A DNA stretch of 64,000 bases from Nitrospirota bacterium (GTDB lineage Bacteria > Nitrospirota > UBA9217): positions 1,184,001 through 1,248,000 of the forward strand of contig CAWCKW010000012.1 in NCBI GenBank assembly GCA_963796285.1. Direction: 5' to 3'. This document shows, piece by piece, positions 12,625 to 23,715 of the stretch; within the stretch, counting starts at the first letter, position 1, and every line of letters begins with the position of its first letter. The notes below the pieces were generated by a model. It made no database searches. It was not told the origin of the DNA and saw only the letters and a list, made by a program, of their open reading frames with translations. The translations under genes were made by a program, and so were the position numbers.

Positions 12625-14098
12625 CTAGAACCGGTAGCTGAGCATGACCTGCACGTTGGTCTGGCTGTGGGTCACCGTCGCCCCTTCAGGCGCGCCGGCC
12701 CCTGAGGTCTGCTTCACTTCCGGTGCGTACGTGAACGATGCGTCCACGGTGGCGGCGTTGCTGATCATGTAGCCAGCGCCCAGGGTAATATGGGTCTGTT
12801 CAATGGCCGGGAACAAGGCGTTCAAGTATGTATCCGGAATCGGGTTATTGGCATAATTCAACCCGGCGCGAAGCATCCAGTCAGGGCTGACCATATAACC
12901 GGCGCCGATCATGAAGACATGTTGGTCCTTCCAGTTCTGGATCAGCTCAGCATCGACGGCCTGACCACCTAAACCAAACGATGCTGCTGCCGCGTTACCC
13001 TGGTTTGCATCAGCCGTAAAGGTCATCTTGAAGCTTTTCATCACATCGGCCCAGTTGATCCATTTATAATCGAACACGAGAATCAGTTCAGGTGTTGCCT
13101 GATAAGCGACACCTGCCCCAATAGTCTGAGGCCATTGAAAATCTTTTACCTGAGATCTTACCAGTAACCGGTATCGTCGTATTGCACTTCGCCCCAGGTA
13201 GCAGGACCGACGACATTCATCGATCACCGTGGCGCCCTTCGTTTCCAGATCGCCCAACCAAGTCTTGCTGTGATAGGTAGCACCTATGGTGACGGCATCA
13301 TTAATCTTGTAGACGCCGCCGATCTTACCGGCAAATCCATCGCCCTTTGCTTCCCCGGTGAATGCGCTTTTATCGGAGAAATCAAACCGCGCCCAGTTTA
13401 AACCCGATAGGCATGGATCCGCCGCACCTGCCTGAAGGCGAAACCTAACAAACGTATTTACCATGGATCCGCTTGCAGTCCCATAGGTCTGATTGCCGCC
13501 AAAGGATGGACCCACCATATCACCAAACTGCTGAGCCATTAAGCGCCATCTTCAGATCCAAGCTTGCCCAGACGAAATCAGCCGTAGCGGCAATACTGAG
13601 GTCCTTGTTGATCTGATAGGCAAACGGTACAAGCACGCGGCCGACGCCCAGCTCGGTGCGGACCTTTTCACCCGATTTTTGGGCAAGGAATGAGTCCGCG
13701 GAGTATTCCGATCCCATCCCGCCTTGGGAAAACACACCAAGACCGTACGTCATCTGACCGGACTTTTGCACCCATCCTAATGCCGGCATGTAGTAGGCGT
13801 TCCCGGAAGATGTAGACGTCTCACCTGCAGCATCATCTTCGGCTTTGACGTGCGGCCCCAGGAAACCGAGCGCCACATCGAGCCGGTTGCCCTCGGGCAT
13901 GAGACCGAGCGTCGCGGGATTGTTCATCATCGCCGCGGTCCCGTTATCATATGCCATGGACGCGCCGCCCATGCCGGTTGCGACAGGACCATATCCCTCC
14001 ATGTTCATTCCGTTTGTTGCATACGCTGTTGTGGAAGCAATAAGTGAAACGATACCGAAGCACAACAGATACAACACACCGTACAAGCTCTTTTTCAT
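12625..14098 (-). CDS. FadL/OmpP1/TodX-family outer membrane transporter (frameshifts ~13530 and ~13200)
   Basis: Signal peptide, ATNG...GMGGA...NNPA hatch motif, C-terminal beta signal YRF. Confidence 0.9.
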
Positions 14099-14767
14099 TT
14101 GCTCCTCCTTTTTTTGTTATACTATTTTGAGTCTCTATCCTGCTAACGAAAAATAACGGAAACGAATAAAGCATACTCAAGAAATACAGAAGCGCAATTC
14201 ATGGCCATGATGAACCGAGGCACAATCCAAAGAGTGATCAGCACTACACAGCGACGAAGAATAACATCGAATATGACGATGAGGGCATTCGCTTCCTGAG
14301 AAAAGCCGATAAAGAAAGGTGTTGTAAGATAACTGATCAAAAATGAATCTGGCCGGAGATAGGAGGGCTTTCCGCGCCTTGCGTAACATATTGCAGGGAG
14401 CCGATATTTTGCGGATATTCATTTTTACTGCTGCAAGTATCATCGTTAAGATGATAATGCTGTTGAGCCTTGTAAAGAGATCGATCACGAAAATTACCAT
14501 GCAGCAAAATCCTCCGTGCAATCGACCCGATTATTTCACGTTTAAGCATTGCTGTCAAGCAAGGAACGCTGATTGACCATTTTTTTATTACCTTGCATTT
14601 TATCGTAGTTTTGCTACAATTTTTTTAAAGATCTCTAAAAAAGCGTTTTATGCTAATACTCCCTGGACGCGGGTCGGCAAATCGTTTCTTCTGCGAACAA
14701 GGTTATACGAGTTAAAACAAGAATGATGTTCCCCTATAAAGATGTTTTAATAAATGGAGGAGGTTTC

Positions 14768-15317
14768 ATGCCGAATAAAAGCAAAGAATAAAGCCACAGC
14801 AAAAAAATCCGCTTCCCGAAAACCCGTTAAAAAAACAGCACCAAAAAAGACCATCAGGAAAAAGTCAGCCGTAAAAAAAGTCATGAAAAAGAAGGCGGTA
14901 AAGAAAAAAACCGTCGTCAAGAAGAAAGCACTCGGGGAAAAACCTTTTAAAAAAACCGTTAAAAAATCCGCAGTAAAAACCAAACGAGCGGCCCCATCAA
15001 AATCGTTCGCCATCGAACCCGGCCCTCCGCCCCAAGGCTTACCGCCCGTGGAAGAGCCCTCCCAGCATGAAGAGGCCATCGGCATTGTGTCACATTATTA
15101 CAGCCATCTTGGCGTGGCCATTGTCCAGATCAACAAAGGCAAGCTCAAAACAGGCGACACGGTCCACATTAAAGGTCACACCGCGGATTTCACCCAACCG
15201 GTGGAGTCCATGGAGTACGAGCACCAGCATATCGACCAGGCCGAGGCCGGTCAGAACATCGGACTGCGGGTGAAAGACCCTACGCGAGAGCACGATATTG
15301 TATATCTGGTAAAGTAG
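14768..15317 (+). CDS. Lys/Ala-rich (histone H1-like) N-terminus fused to a translation-factor-like beta-barrel (EF-Tu domain II / U32 C-terminal-like)
   Basis: GGAGGAGG RBS before ATG 14768 (one homopolymer indel needed); ~75-aa KK-rich tract; C-terminal IGIVSHYYSHLGVA...GDTVHIKG...FTQPVESM...G.NIG..V..RE.D.VY. Confidence 0.75.
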
Positions 15318-15347
15318 TCTGGCGTGCTGCTGTTTATGCTACAATGA

Positions 15348-15383
15348 ATACAGCGCAGGTACGCGTGCCTGCGCTGTATTTTA
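15348..15383 (+). terminator. Strong hairpin plus T-tract between the H1-like gene and hflX
   Basis: ATACAGCGCAGG-loop-CCTGCGCTGTAT followed by TTT. Confidence 0.7.
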
Positions 15384-15427
15384 TCCTTTCCGATCAACCA
15401 CGACAACGCAGAGACAGGAAGGTCATC

Positions 15428-17083
15428 ATCCCTACCATTTACGGCAACACAACCGGCCTCAAGCCCGCTGAAATGAAGACGCTCGAGCGCCTCTACCGCC
15501 GGAAGATGCAGTCCGGGACCGTCATCACGCCCGAGGCCGCCCGCGCGCTCTCCGAAGCCTCCGCCGAGATCGGCAGACAGGTCGGGCTCATTATCGACCG
15601 CTCCGGCAGCATCCGGAACGTGCTCGTGGGCACAAACCATGACATCCTCATCCCCGATCTTTCGGAGCACCGGCTCGGCGCCAGGCGTCTTCGCGGCGTC
15701 CGGTTCATTCATACGCACCTGAAGGACCAGCCCCTGAACCATGAAGACCTCACTGACCTGGCGCTCCTGAGATTGGACATGATCGCCGCCCTTGCCGTGC
15801 GCCCCGATGGGCTGCCCGGGAACATCTCGATCGCCTATCTTATTCCGCCGAATCCCGAGGAGAAGCTCTATGAGGTCCTCCCCCCTCAGTCCGTGCATGG
15901 GGTGGAGATTAATGCCGCTGAATTCATCGCCGACATTGAACGCCAGATGGAGCGGGCACAGACCGCCGTCGAGGTCGCGAAGAAGGACCGGGCCATCCTG
16001 GTGAGCGTTTCGAAGAAGAGCAGGCATGAACAGGAAGAATCCATTGAAGAGCTCAGGGAACTTGCTCGCTCCGACGGCATCACGGTCCTGGACACCGTGA
16101 TCCAACGGCCGCACGACATAAACCCAAAGTATCTTCTCGGCGAAGGCAAGCTCAAGGAGCTCATCATCCGTTCCCAGCAGCTCGGCGCGGACCTGATCGT
16201 CTTCGACCAGGACCTCACCCCTGCGCAGGTCAAGTCCATCGGCGACATCACCGAGATGCGCGTCATCGACCGCACCCAGCTCATCCTCGACATCTTCGCG
16301 CGCCGGGCGCACAGCGGCGACGGCAAGGTGCAGGTGGAACTTGCCCAGCTCAAGTATCGCCTGCCCAGATTGTCGGAACGCTCCACCGCCCTCTCGCGGC
16401 TTACCGGAGGCATCGGCGGAAGAGGGCCGGGCGAGACCAGGCTTGAGGTCGACATGCGCCGCTCGCGTGACAAGATACGGAGGCTGGAGAAGCAGCTTGA
16501 CGCCCTCGGAAAGGCCAGGGACCAGCGACGGGAACGGCGCATCAAGAGCGATATTCCCATCGTCTCGATCGCCGGGTACACGAACGCGGGCAAGTCAACG
16601 CTTTTTAATGCCCTCACGCGATCAGAGGTAAAGGCCGAGGACCTGCTCTTTGCCACGCTCGACACCGCCACGCGCAGGCTGCGCTTCCCCCGCGACCGCG
16701 AGGTGGTCATCACCGATACGGTGGGGTTCATCAAGGACCTGCCGAAGGACCTGCTCGGAGCTTTCCGCGCTACACTTGATGAGATGCAGGACGCGGACCT
16801 GATCCTCCACGTCGCGGACATCAGCAATCCGCGGTTTGAGCAGCAGATGGAATCCGTCAACAAGCTCTTGACGGAGATCGGCCTGGATGAGATCCCTCAA
16901 CTTATCGTGTTGAACAAGGTCGACCTCGTAAACAGCATCTGGGCCAGGGCCATTGCAGCGCGTTTTAAAGGCGTGGTCTGTTCAGCGATCCGGCCGGAGA
17001 CCTTTAGCGATTTGCTGAAAGAGATCGAGGAAAGAGTGTGGGCAGAAGAAAAGATGCAGGAGGCAGTGACGAAAGAGCCCTAA
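15428..17083 (+). CDS. hflX: GTPase HflX, long form with N-terminal extension; probable non-AUG start
   Basis: LILDIFARRA, GIGGRGPGE, GYTNAGKS, LFATLD, DTVGF and NKVD. Confidence 0.95.
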   Translation: MPTIYGNTTGLKPAEMKTLERLYRRKMQSGTVITPEAARALSEASAEIGRQVGLIIDRSGSIRNVLVGTNHDILIPDLSEHRLGARRLRGVRFIHTHLKDQPLNHEDLTDLALLRLDMIAALAVRPDGLPGNISIAYLIPPNPEEKLYEVLPPQSVHGVEINAAEFIADIERQMERAQTAVEVAKKDRAILVSVSKKSRHEQEESIEELRELARSDGITVLDTVIQRPHDINPKYLLGEGKLKELIIRSQQLGADLIVFDQDLTPAQVKSIGDITEMRVIDRTQLILDIFARRAHSGDGKVQVELAQLKYRLPRLSERSTALSRLTGGIGGRGPGETRLEVDMRRSRDKIRRLEKQLDALGKARDQRRERRIKSDIPIVSIAGYTNAGKSTLFNALTRSEVKAEDLLFATLDTATRRLRFPRDREVVITDTVGFIKDLPKDLLGAFRATLDEMQDADLILHVADISNPRFEQQMESVNKLLTEIGLDEIPQLIVLNKVDLVNSIWARAIAARFKGVVCSAIRPETFSDLLKEIEERVWAEEKMQEAVTKEP

Positions 17084-17531
17084 GATGAGAATTACACCTA
17101 CAAACCTGTATTTTCAGGACGTGTAAGTCATTGTCGGCTACTGATTGTACTATGCACTCAATAGCGTCGAGCGAGTGGAACGCTATGAAGATGATTCTTC
17201 TCTCAAGTTTGATGTCATATGGAGACTGGCTACGGAATCGAACCGAAGACAAACCATGCACGGTTGCCCAACGGGGTTGAAGCCCGCGGCCGGCGCCAGC
17301 CAACTCAGCCAGTCAGTCCGATACTATATACAAACTGTTGAGTCAATACAAGAGCATATTTTTCGAAATTCGAATGGAGATAATATGGGCAAACAGTAAA
17401 GAACACAGGTTGATACTTTAAGTGTTGCAAAGAATGGAACCTCAACTGCTTCAGGAAGATTCTGTGACTGTGAACTTCAAACCGGGATTCCATGTTACTT
17501 CGATGATCCTGGCTACAACCTATAGATAATT

Positions 17532-17858
17532 TCATAGTCCTTCAAGTAGCTTGTAATACTCCTTGATGGTTCGAATGGATTCCCTCGTGGCTTGGAACAA
17601 TATCCAACTGAGAACTAGAATCCCTATGGTGAGTCCGATTTTCCATGCCCGCGTCGTTTGTGGACGCCACCAAATCAGAGGCAACGCCAGAGGCCCCACA
17701 GAGCAGACTACGATGATGATAAAGGATTTTCTGAAATACCATGGAATCTTTTCTTCTACAAAGCGTGTGCGGGTGGAGGTATCCAGAAACTCACCGCAGT
17801 GTCTACACTTTATCGCGTCGTCTTGAATATCTTCAGCGCAGAATGGACACTTTTTCAT
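17532..17858 (-). CDS. Zinc-ribbon (UPF0547-like) membrane protein
   Basis: MKKCPFCAEDIQDDAIKCRHCG plus two hydrophobic segments. Confidence 0.8.
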   Translation of the reverse strand: MKKCPFCAEDIQDDAIKCRHCGEFLDTSTRTRFVEEKIPWYFRKSFIIIVVCSVGPLALPLIWWRPQTTRAWKIGLTIGILVLSWILFQATRESIRTIKEYYKLLEGL

Positions 17859-18097
17859 TTCATCTCTCTTGATAAAACCATTTATTGAGCAGACCCCTGG
17901 ACAACATCACAAGTCCGAAGTTATCTAATTTAGCAATGAACATGCACTATCATTCGCCTTACATTTTTGACGAATATATGCCTGATTCATAGCTATGTCA
18001 ACGATAACGATGGGATATTTTAAGGAGATTCAACTAATACTGAATGTAACCTGATATGCTTCTAAGAAATACAAATACAACGAGTACAGGAAAAAAT

Positions 18098-19436
18098 CTA
18101 CTTCCCACCGATCGACAGTTCCTTTACCCGGAGCGACGGGCTTCCTATCCTGCCGGAAAAGCGGAGGTCGCTGCCGACGGCATCGATGTTCTTCATCAGG
18201 TCCAGGATATTGCCCGCGATCGTGATCTCGCGCACGGGGTAGGCCTTCTTGCCCTTCTCGATCCAGAAGCCTGTTGCGCCTACGGAGAAATCGCCGGAAA
18301 TATGGTTCGCGGTATGCGCTCCCATAACCTCAGTGACGTAGAGCCCGCTGCCTGTCGAGTTGATCAGCTCCTCAAGCGAATGGGTCCCCGGTTCGATATA
18401 CAGATTCGTCACGCCCACGCCGGGCATGCCCTTGAACCCTCCGCGCATGCCGTTCCCCGTCGACACGGTCTTGTCCTTGTTCGCCGTATACGTATTGTAC
18501 AGGAACATGGCAAGCCTGCCCTTGTCGATCACCGTTTTCTTCTTCATCGGGACGGTCTCGTCGTCCGAGGGGGCGCTTCCGAGCCCTTCTGCGAGTAATC
18601 CGTCGTCATACACCGTGATGAGCGGCGCTGCTACCTCTGCTGCCGAGCTTGTTGATAAAGAGCGACCGTTTCTTCTGCACACCCTCCGCCGAGAAACCGG
18701 AGGCCATGATCGACAGGAAGTCATTGGCCACGTCCGCGTCGAGGATGACTGCGGTCTTCACCGAATCAAGATGCCGGGCGCCAAGAAGGTCGAGTGCCTT
18801 TCTCGCGGCCCTTCTCCCTACTTCCTCGATCTCCAGTTTGCGGTAATACCGCTTCACGTCGAAATCGGACCCTGCCTGCGATTCGCCCTTGTCCTCGGCA
18901 ACGACCTCGATGCTCGACATTGCCGCGGTGCCGCGGTACGAGACCTCGGCGCCGTGAGAATTCATGATCAGGGTTTCCGACTCCGAGAAGCTCGCGGAGG
19001 CCTTTCGAATGCGCTTGATCCGCTGGTCCACGCCAAAGGCCTCGCGTTCCATGGCCATGACACGGTCGATCTTTTCCTTCTCGGTCAAGGCGACCAGCTC
19101 CGGGTCATACATCGTTATGGTTTGATAATCAGCAGCAGCCTTTTCCGGGATGGAATGGAACGGATCCGGCTCGATGATCTGCGCGTTCGTCAGTGCCGAC
19201 CGTGCAAGAGTAGCGAGGGCATGGTCCGAAAGGTCGGTCGTATAAGCAAACCCCATCCTTCCGCCGACGAGCACCCGGAGGCCCGCGCCGATGTCCCTGG
19301 CGCGGTCAAAGGCATCGACCTTCTGTGCTTTGACCTCGATGCTGGTGGATGATGATGAGCGGATAAAGGCCTCGGCAGCGTCTGCCTTGAGGTCCTTCGC
19401 GAGTGAGAGGATTTTTTCGGCGATGTGTTTGTGCAT
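18098..19436 (-). CDS. pmbA: TldD/PmbA family protein (PmbA-like; frameshift ~18640)
   Basis: DDE, STGNG.RG, SGDFSVG, EITIAGN and SPSL motifs. Confidence 0.88.
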
Positions 19437-19590
19437 AATTAACATGAAAAACCCATACCGCAAAGGCGCGAAGAGCGCGAAGGGTTATATTCATTTTACA
19501 CCTAGTCACCTGCATTTCTTTGCGACCTTGGCGGCTTCGCGGTTAAGAAGATTTTCTCTGTGTGCTCTGTGTCAGGGATAAAAGAGGTTT

Positions 19591-19959
19591 CTAATCGAAA
19601 TAACTCGCGGACGCCGTGTCCGACTCCCACACTGTAACACTTGCGACCTCGAGGTTCTCGTTATTGATCTTCTTGGTCATGGTGTCGTAGATCCACTTGG
19701 CAAGGTTCTCGGACGAGGGGTTGATCTCGGTGAAAGGGAAAATATCGTTCAGAAAGGTGTGCTCGAGCTGGTCCAGCACATCGCGAAGAGACTTTTTGAG
19801 GTCGTGAAAGTCCATGGCCAGGCCGATATCGTCCAGGCGTTCCGCGGTCACGGCAACGGTCACGCGCCAGTTGTGTCCGTGAAGCCTCTCGCATTTTCCC
19901 TTATACCCGCGCAGTTGATGGGCCGCGGCGAATTTCGATTCAACCATGAGTTCATACAT
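19591..19959 (-). CDS. queD: 6-carboxytetrahydropterin synthase QueD
   Basis: FAAAHQL, CERLHGHNW, NPSSENLA and VWES. Confidence 0.95.
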   Translation of the reverse strand: MYELMVESKFAAAHQLRGYKGKCERLHGHNWRVTVAVTAERLDDIGLAMDFHDLKKSLRDVLDQLEHTFLNDIFPFTEINPSSENLAKWIYDTMTKKINNENLEVASVTVWESDTASASYFD

Positions 19960-20061
19960 AGGATTGGATAATATGGCATGCCCCCTCAAAAGTCAATAAC
20001 GAATATCGCGCGTGCGAAAAATTTCTTGCAAATATCCGCAATTTCAGATATGATTTTTTTA

Positions 20062-20541
20062 ATGGAAGTAACGAAAGAAGACCCAAGGCAAGCCATCGAA
20101 CCGCAGTTCCTCTCGCAGGCCCAGGCAAGCGGCATCACACTCCGTATCGGTCAGATGAACAAAACCGAACATGAAGGGACCATCCGCGACATCGGCCGCT
20201 ATGAGATCAATCTTGAAGAGAACGGCAGGACCGTCACCATCCTGAAGCAGGAGATGTCCTATGTCACCGCTCCCCGTCCCGTCCTCATTCTTCCCATGCC
20301 GCAGCAGTCATCCGCTTCAGCCGCACAGACCCCTGCCGATGCACCGTCAGGCAGACCCAATATCCAGCATGAGTTCCTCGACAAGGCCATAAAGGAGAAC
20401 CAGCTCCTCACGCTCTATCTTATCAACGGCCAGCGGATCAAGGCAAATATCGAGGCCTATGACAGCTTCACCATCCTGCTCAAAGAGGGCGGCAAACAGC
20501 ACCTCTACTATAAACACTCGATCACCACGATCAATCGCTAG
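20062..20541 (+). CDS. hfq: Tandem two-domain Hfq/Sm-like protein
   Basis: C-terminal canonical domain NIQHEFL...YLING...YDSFTILL...YYKHSITTI; N-terminal degenerate Sm domain; Pro/Ala/Gln linker. Confidence 0.85.
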   Translation: MEVTKEDPRQAIEPQFLSQAQASGITLRIGQMNKTEHEGTIRDIGRYEINLEENGRTVTILKQEMSYVTAPRPVLILPMPQQSSASAAQTPADAPSGRPNIQHEFLDKAIKENQLLTLYLINGQRIKANIEAYDSFTILLKEGGKQHLYYKHSITTINR

Positions 20542-20552
20542 AGGTACTTCCC

Positions 20553-20950
20553 ATGGAAACAAATCTTCTCGATAGAATGCTGGATGCGTACCAGACGGGG
20601 CATACTCCCGTGACCGTTACCCTCCAGAACAAGATCCGCGTTTCCGGAAGGATCAAGTGCGTTCGACAGCTACGTCATTATCATGGAAGGCCATAAACAG
20701 GAGATCCTGTACCGCCATGCGATCTCGTGCCTTTGCCCGCTTGCACAGGAGGAGCATAAGCGCCAGCCTGCCGCGAGCCGGCCGGCAATGACAAAGACAG
20801 TCCACCCGGGACCCGCAAAGAGCGCTTCGTCACGTAAACCCAGGCAAGCAGCAGCCTCAGACGGTGCCCCTATCCGCGACCGAGAGCCTCAACAACAACA
20901 TGAAGGACGGACTGCTCAAATGGATGCAGGAACAGAAGGCTGCAAAGTAG
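20553..20950 (+). CDS. Second Hfq-like protein with C-terminal tail (frameshift ~20658, probably another ~20860)
   Basis: Manual translation METNLLDRML...VTVTLQNKIRVSGRIK/AFDSYVIIMEGHKQEILYRHAISCL; GAGG RBS; N-terminal half missed by the ORF track. Confidence 0.8.
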
Positions 20951-20951
20951 C

Positions 20952-22499
20952 ATGAATCTCAGGGTCGCCGCGCTCGCTGCATTCTCCGGGATTCTTCTTG
21001 CCGTCGCATTCCCCACACTCGACCTCCACTACCTCGCCTGGATCGCCCTGCTGCCGCTGTTCTTCGCGCTCAAGGGACAGAGTGTCAAGAACGGATTCTG
21101 GCTCGGCGGAATCGCCGGGATCGTGTATTTTGCCGGCACCGTCCACTGGGTCACGAACTCCGTGCACTTTTACGGCGGCATTCCGATCGTACCGGCATCG
21201 CTCATCACCCTGCTCCTCTGCGCCTACCTGGCGCTCTACCCCGCGGTCTTCGGCGCCGCTGCCGTGCATATCAGGAAAAACCACCCCTCGCTGTTTTTTG
21301 TCGCCGCTCCCGCGCTCTGGACCACGCTCGAGCTCGCGCGCACCTACGTGTTCAGCGGCTTCCCCTGGTCGCTGCTCGGCTACTCGCAATATCTTGCCCT
21401 GCCCGTGATCCAGATAGCGGACATCACCGGCGTGTATGGCATCTCATTCCTGATCGTGCTGGTAAATGCCGTTCTCGCGGAATTCATCATGAACAGAAAA
21501 AACTATGTCGGCTTGATTACCGCCGTGGTTGCATTGATGCTCGTGCTGGGTTACGGGTTCGTGAAATTACGGACACCGGAGCAGAGGTCCGGAATGAAGG
21601 TATCGGTGGTGCAGGGAAACATCGAGCAGGACAAAAAATGGGACCCCGCATATCAGGCGGAAACGCTGGCGGTGTACACGCGGTTGACCCGGGAAGCGCT
21701 CTTGGAGCAGCCGGACCTCGTGATCTGGCCCGAAACCGCCGTACCGTTCTACTTTAGCGGTAGTGCGCCGGCAGACCAGGCCATGACCGCGGATCTCGCC
21801 GCTTTCGTGAAACAGAACAGGGTCCCGCTCCTCTTCGGCAGCCCAACCTATGAAGTAAAACCGAACAGACAGATCATCGGCCGGAACTCGGCGTTCCTGC
21901 TCTCTGCTGACGGACTGGTTGCGGCGACCTATCACAAGATCCACCTGGTGCCTTTCGGTGAGTACGTGCCTCTCAAGAATGTCCTGTTCTTTGTCGGAAA
22001 GATGGTCCAGGCGATCGGGGACTTTCAGGCCGGCGATGAGTACACGGTGATGACAGTCCCTGTTCAGGGAAATGGTGCGCATGCCGGCGCCAAGCTGAGC
22101 ACCGTCATCTGCTATGAGATCATCTTCCCCGATCTGGTCAGGCGATTTGTGGACAAGGGGGCGAACGTGATCACCACTATCACGAACGACGCATGGTTCG
22201 GCAGGACCGCTGCCCCGTACCAGCACTTCTCCATGGCGGTCTTTCGGGCTGTTGAAAACCGCGTGCCCGTGGCCCGCGCGGCGAACACCGGCATCTCGGG
22301 TTTCATTGACGCACAAGGCCACATCCTGGCCGAGTCGGGGATCTTCACCCAGGCGCACCTGACACATACGATCGTCCCGGGCACTGAAAAGACCTTTTAT
22401 ACCCGCTACGGAGACGTTTTCTCCTACCTCTGCGTGCTTGCGAGCATCGGGCTGATCATAATAAGAGGGTCCCGTCGGACAGATAAGTCTGTGCGATAA
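20952..22499 (+). CDS. lnt: Apolipoprotein N-acyltransferase
   Basis: GFPW, VQGNI, WPETA, KIHLVPFGEY, ICYE, TNDAWF and RAANTGIS. Confidence 0.97.
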   Translation: MNLRVAALAAFSGILLAVAFPTLDLHYLAWIALLPLFFALKGQSVKNGFWLGGIAGIVYFAGTVHWVTNSVHFYGGIPIVPASLITLLLCAYLALYPAVFGAAAVHIRKNHPSLFFVAAPALWTTLELARTYVFSGFPWSLLGYSQYLALPVIQIADITGVYGISFLIVLVNAVLAEFIMNRKNYVGLITAVVALMLVLGYGFVKLRTPEQRSGMKVSVVQGNIEQDKKWDPAYQAETLAVYTRLTREALLEQPDLVIWPETAVPFYFSGSAPADQAMTADLAAFVKQNRVPLLFGSPTYEVKPNRQIIGRNSAFLLSADGLVAATYHKIHLVPFGEYVPLKNVLFFVGKMVQAIGDFQAGDEYTVMTVPVQGNGAHAGAKLSTVICYEIIFPDLVRRFVDKGANVITTITNDAWFGRTAAPYQHFSMAVFRAVENRVPVARAANTGISGFIDAQGHILAESGIFTQAHLTHTIVPGTEKTFYTRYGDVFSYLCVLASIGLIIIRGSRRTDKSVR

Positions 22500-22770
22500 T
22501 CAGAGAGAAGTGCAAATTTTAAATCAATATTTCATTGAGGAACTGATGTTTGAAGTGATAACCTTCGAATCGTATTATCCCCTTCTCCGCTTGACAGTGA
22601 ACGTAAATAATAACAGACTACTTCTTGTACTCTTGGAGTATCTGTTCTTTGCAAGAATCTCATTTTCAACTTGTATTCTTCAATCAATAGCTACCCCTCT
22701 ATAACCGCACGACATCCGCCTATGACGCCGCCGTTCCGTTGTTTACTAAAAGATGGTGTGATGACTAATT

Positions 22771-23715
22771 TTATGTTTCTACTGTCGTGGCCGTCTGTCG
22801 CAAACTCGTGATATCCCGTAACGGCGGTGCACCGAACATGCGGCCGTACTCGCGGCTGAATTGAGAAGGGCTCTCATAGCCTACCTGAAACGCCGCGGTT
22901 GTTGCATCCTGCTTTTCAGCGAGCATTAGCCGCCGCGCTTCGTTCAAACGCAGCCATTTCTGGTACTGCAGCGGGCTCATTGCCGTCACCTGCCGGAAGT
23001 GATGGTGGAAGGTCGAGGTGCTCATATTGACCTGCGCTGCGAGGTCATCGATGCGCAGCGTCTTCGTAAAGTTCCCCTTCAGCCAATCAATCGCACGCGC
23101 TATCTGATTGCTCTGGCTTCCCGTTGCTGCGATCTGTCGCAGACGCGCTCCCTGATCGCCTGTAAGCAAACGGTAGAAAATTTCGCGCTCGATGACCGGA
23201 GCAAGGATCGGGATATCCTTCGGCTCATTAAGCAGGTCGATTAGCCTTTGAAAGGCGGCTAGCAGCGGCAGCGTGACTTCGCCCGTCGCCATGCCGCGGC
23301 TCGATTGCTGGGGTCGCGGCGGTGGAAGGTTGCTGTCAACCATGAGTTGTGAAATCTCTCGCTGGTCGATGTTCAGCACGAGGCCCAGGTACGGCTTTTC
23401 CGGGCTCGCTTTGATGACTTGTACGAACGTGGGCAGATCCACGGATGTAAGCAGGAAATGGTGCGCGTCATACACATACGCGTCGTCTCCGAGATGCACG
23501 CGTTTGGCCCCTTGCGCGATCACACAGATGCGCGGTTCGTACAGGATGCTTATAGGCTCGCTCGGTTCGTCCCGTCGAGCAAGTATCAATCCCGGGATAG
23601 CGGTCTCGACCCGGTCGCTTGAACCGGTCCATCGGGCAATGCTCTTCCCCAAAACTTCGAGCGCATTTTCCATTCCATTGTTCTCATTTTTCTGCTTCAT
23701 TGAGCGCTTTATCAT
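22771..23715 (-). CDS. AraC-family regulator (AraC_N/YqhC-like)
   Basis: YEPRICVIAQGAK N-domain; SPLQYQK.LRL and VGYESPSQFSREY HTH. Confidence 0.93.
   Translation of the reverse strand: MIKRSMKQKNENNGMENALEVLGKSIARWTGSSDRVETAIPGLILARRDEPSEPISILYEPRICVIAQGAKRVHLGDDAYVYDAHHFLLTSVDLPTFVQVIKASPEKPYLGLVLNIDQREISQLMVDSNLPPPRPQQSSRGMATGEVTLPLLAAFQRLIDLLNEPKDIPILAPVIEREIFYRLLTGDQGARLRQIAATGSQSNQIARAIDWLKGNFTKTLRIDDLAAQVNMSTSTFHHHFRQVTAMSPLQYQKWLRLNEARRLMLAEKQDATTAAFQVGYESPSQFSREYGRMFGAPPLRDITSLRQTATTVET

Noticed and set aside
14100-14750. Short ORFs, a possible riboswitch and a sigma54-like TGGCCATGAATTGC upstream of the FadL-like gene
   Set aside because: The ORFs lack RBS and motifs, GG-GC spacing is one base short, and no riboswitch consensus was recognised. 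Probably divergent promoter DNA.
15251-16863. Long antisense ORFs over hflX (similar ones over pmbA, kup, the PEP-utiliser and the regulators)
   Set aside because: Shadow ORFs expected from GC-rich codon bias; no motifs.
17100-17530. AT-rich spacer with short ORFs after hflX
   Set aside because: No recognisable protein, RNA or IS ends.
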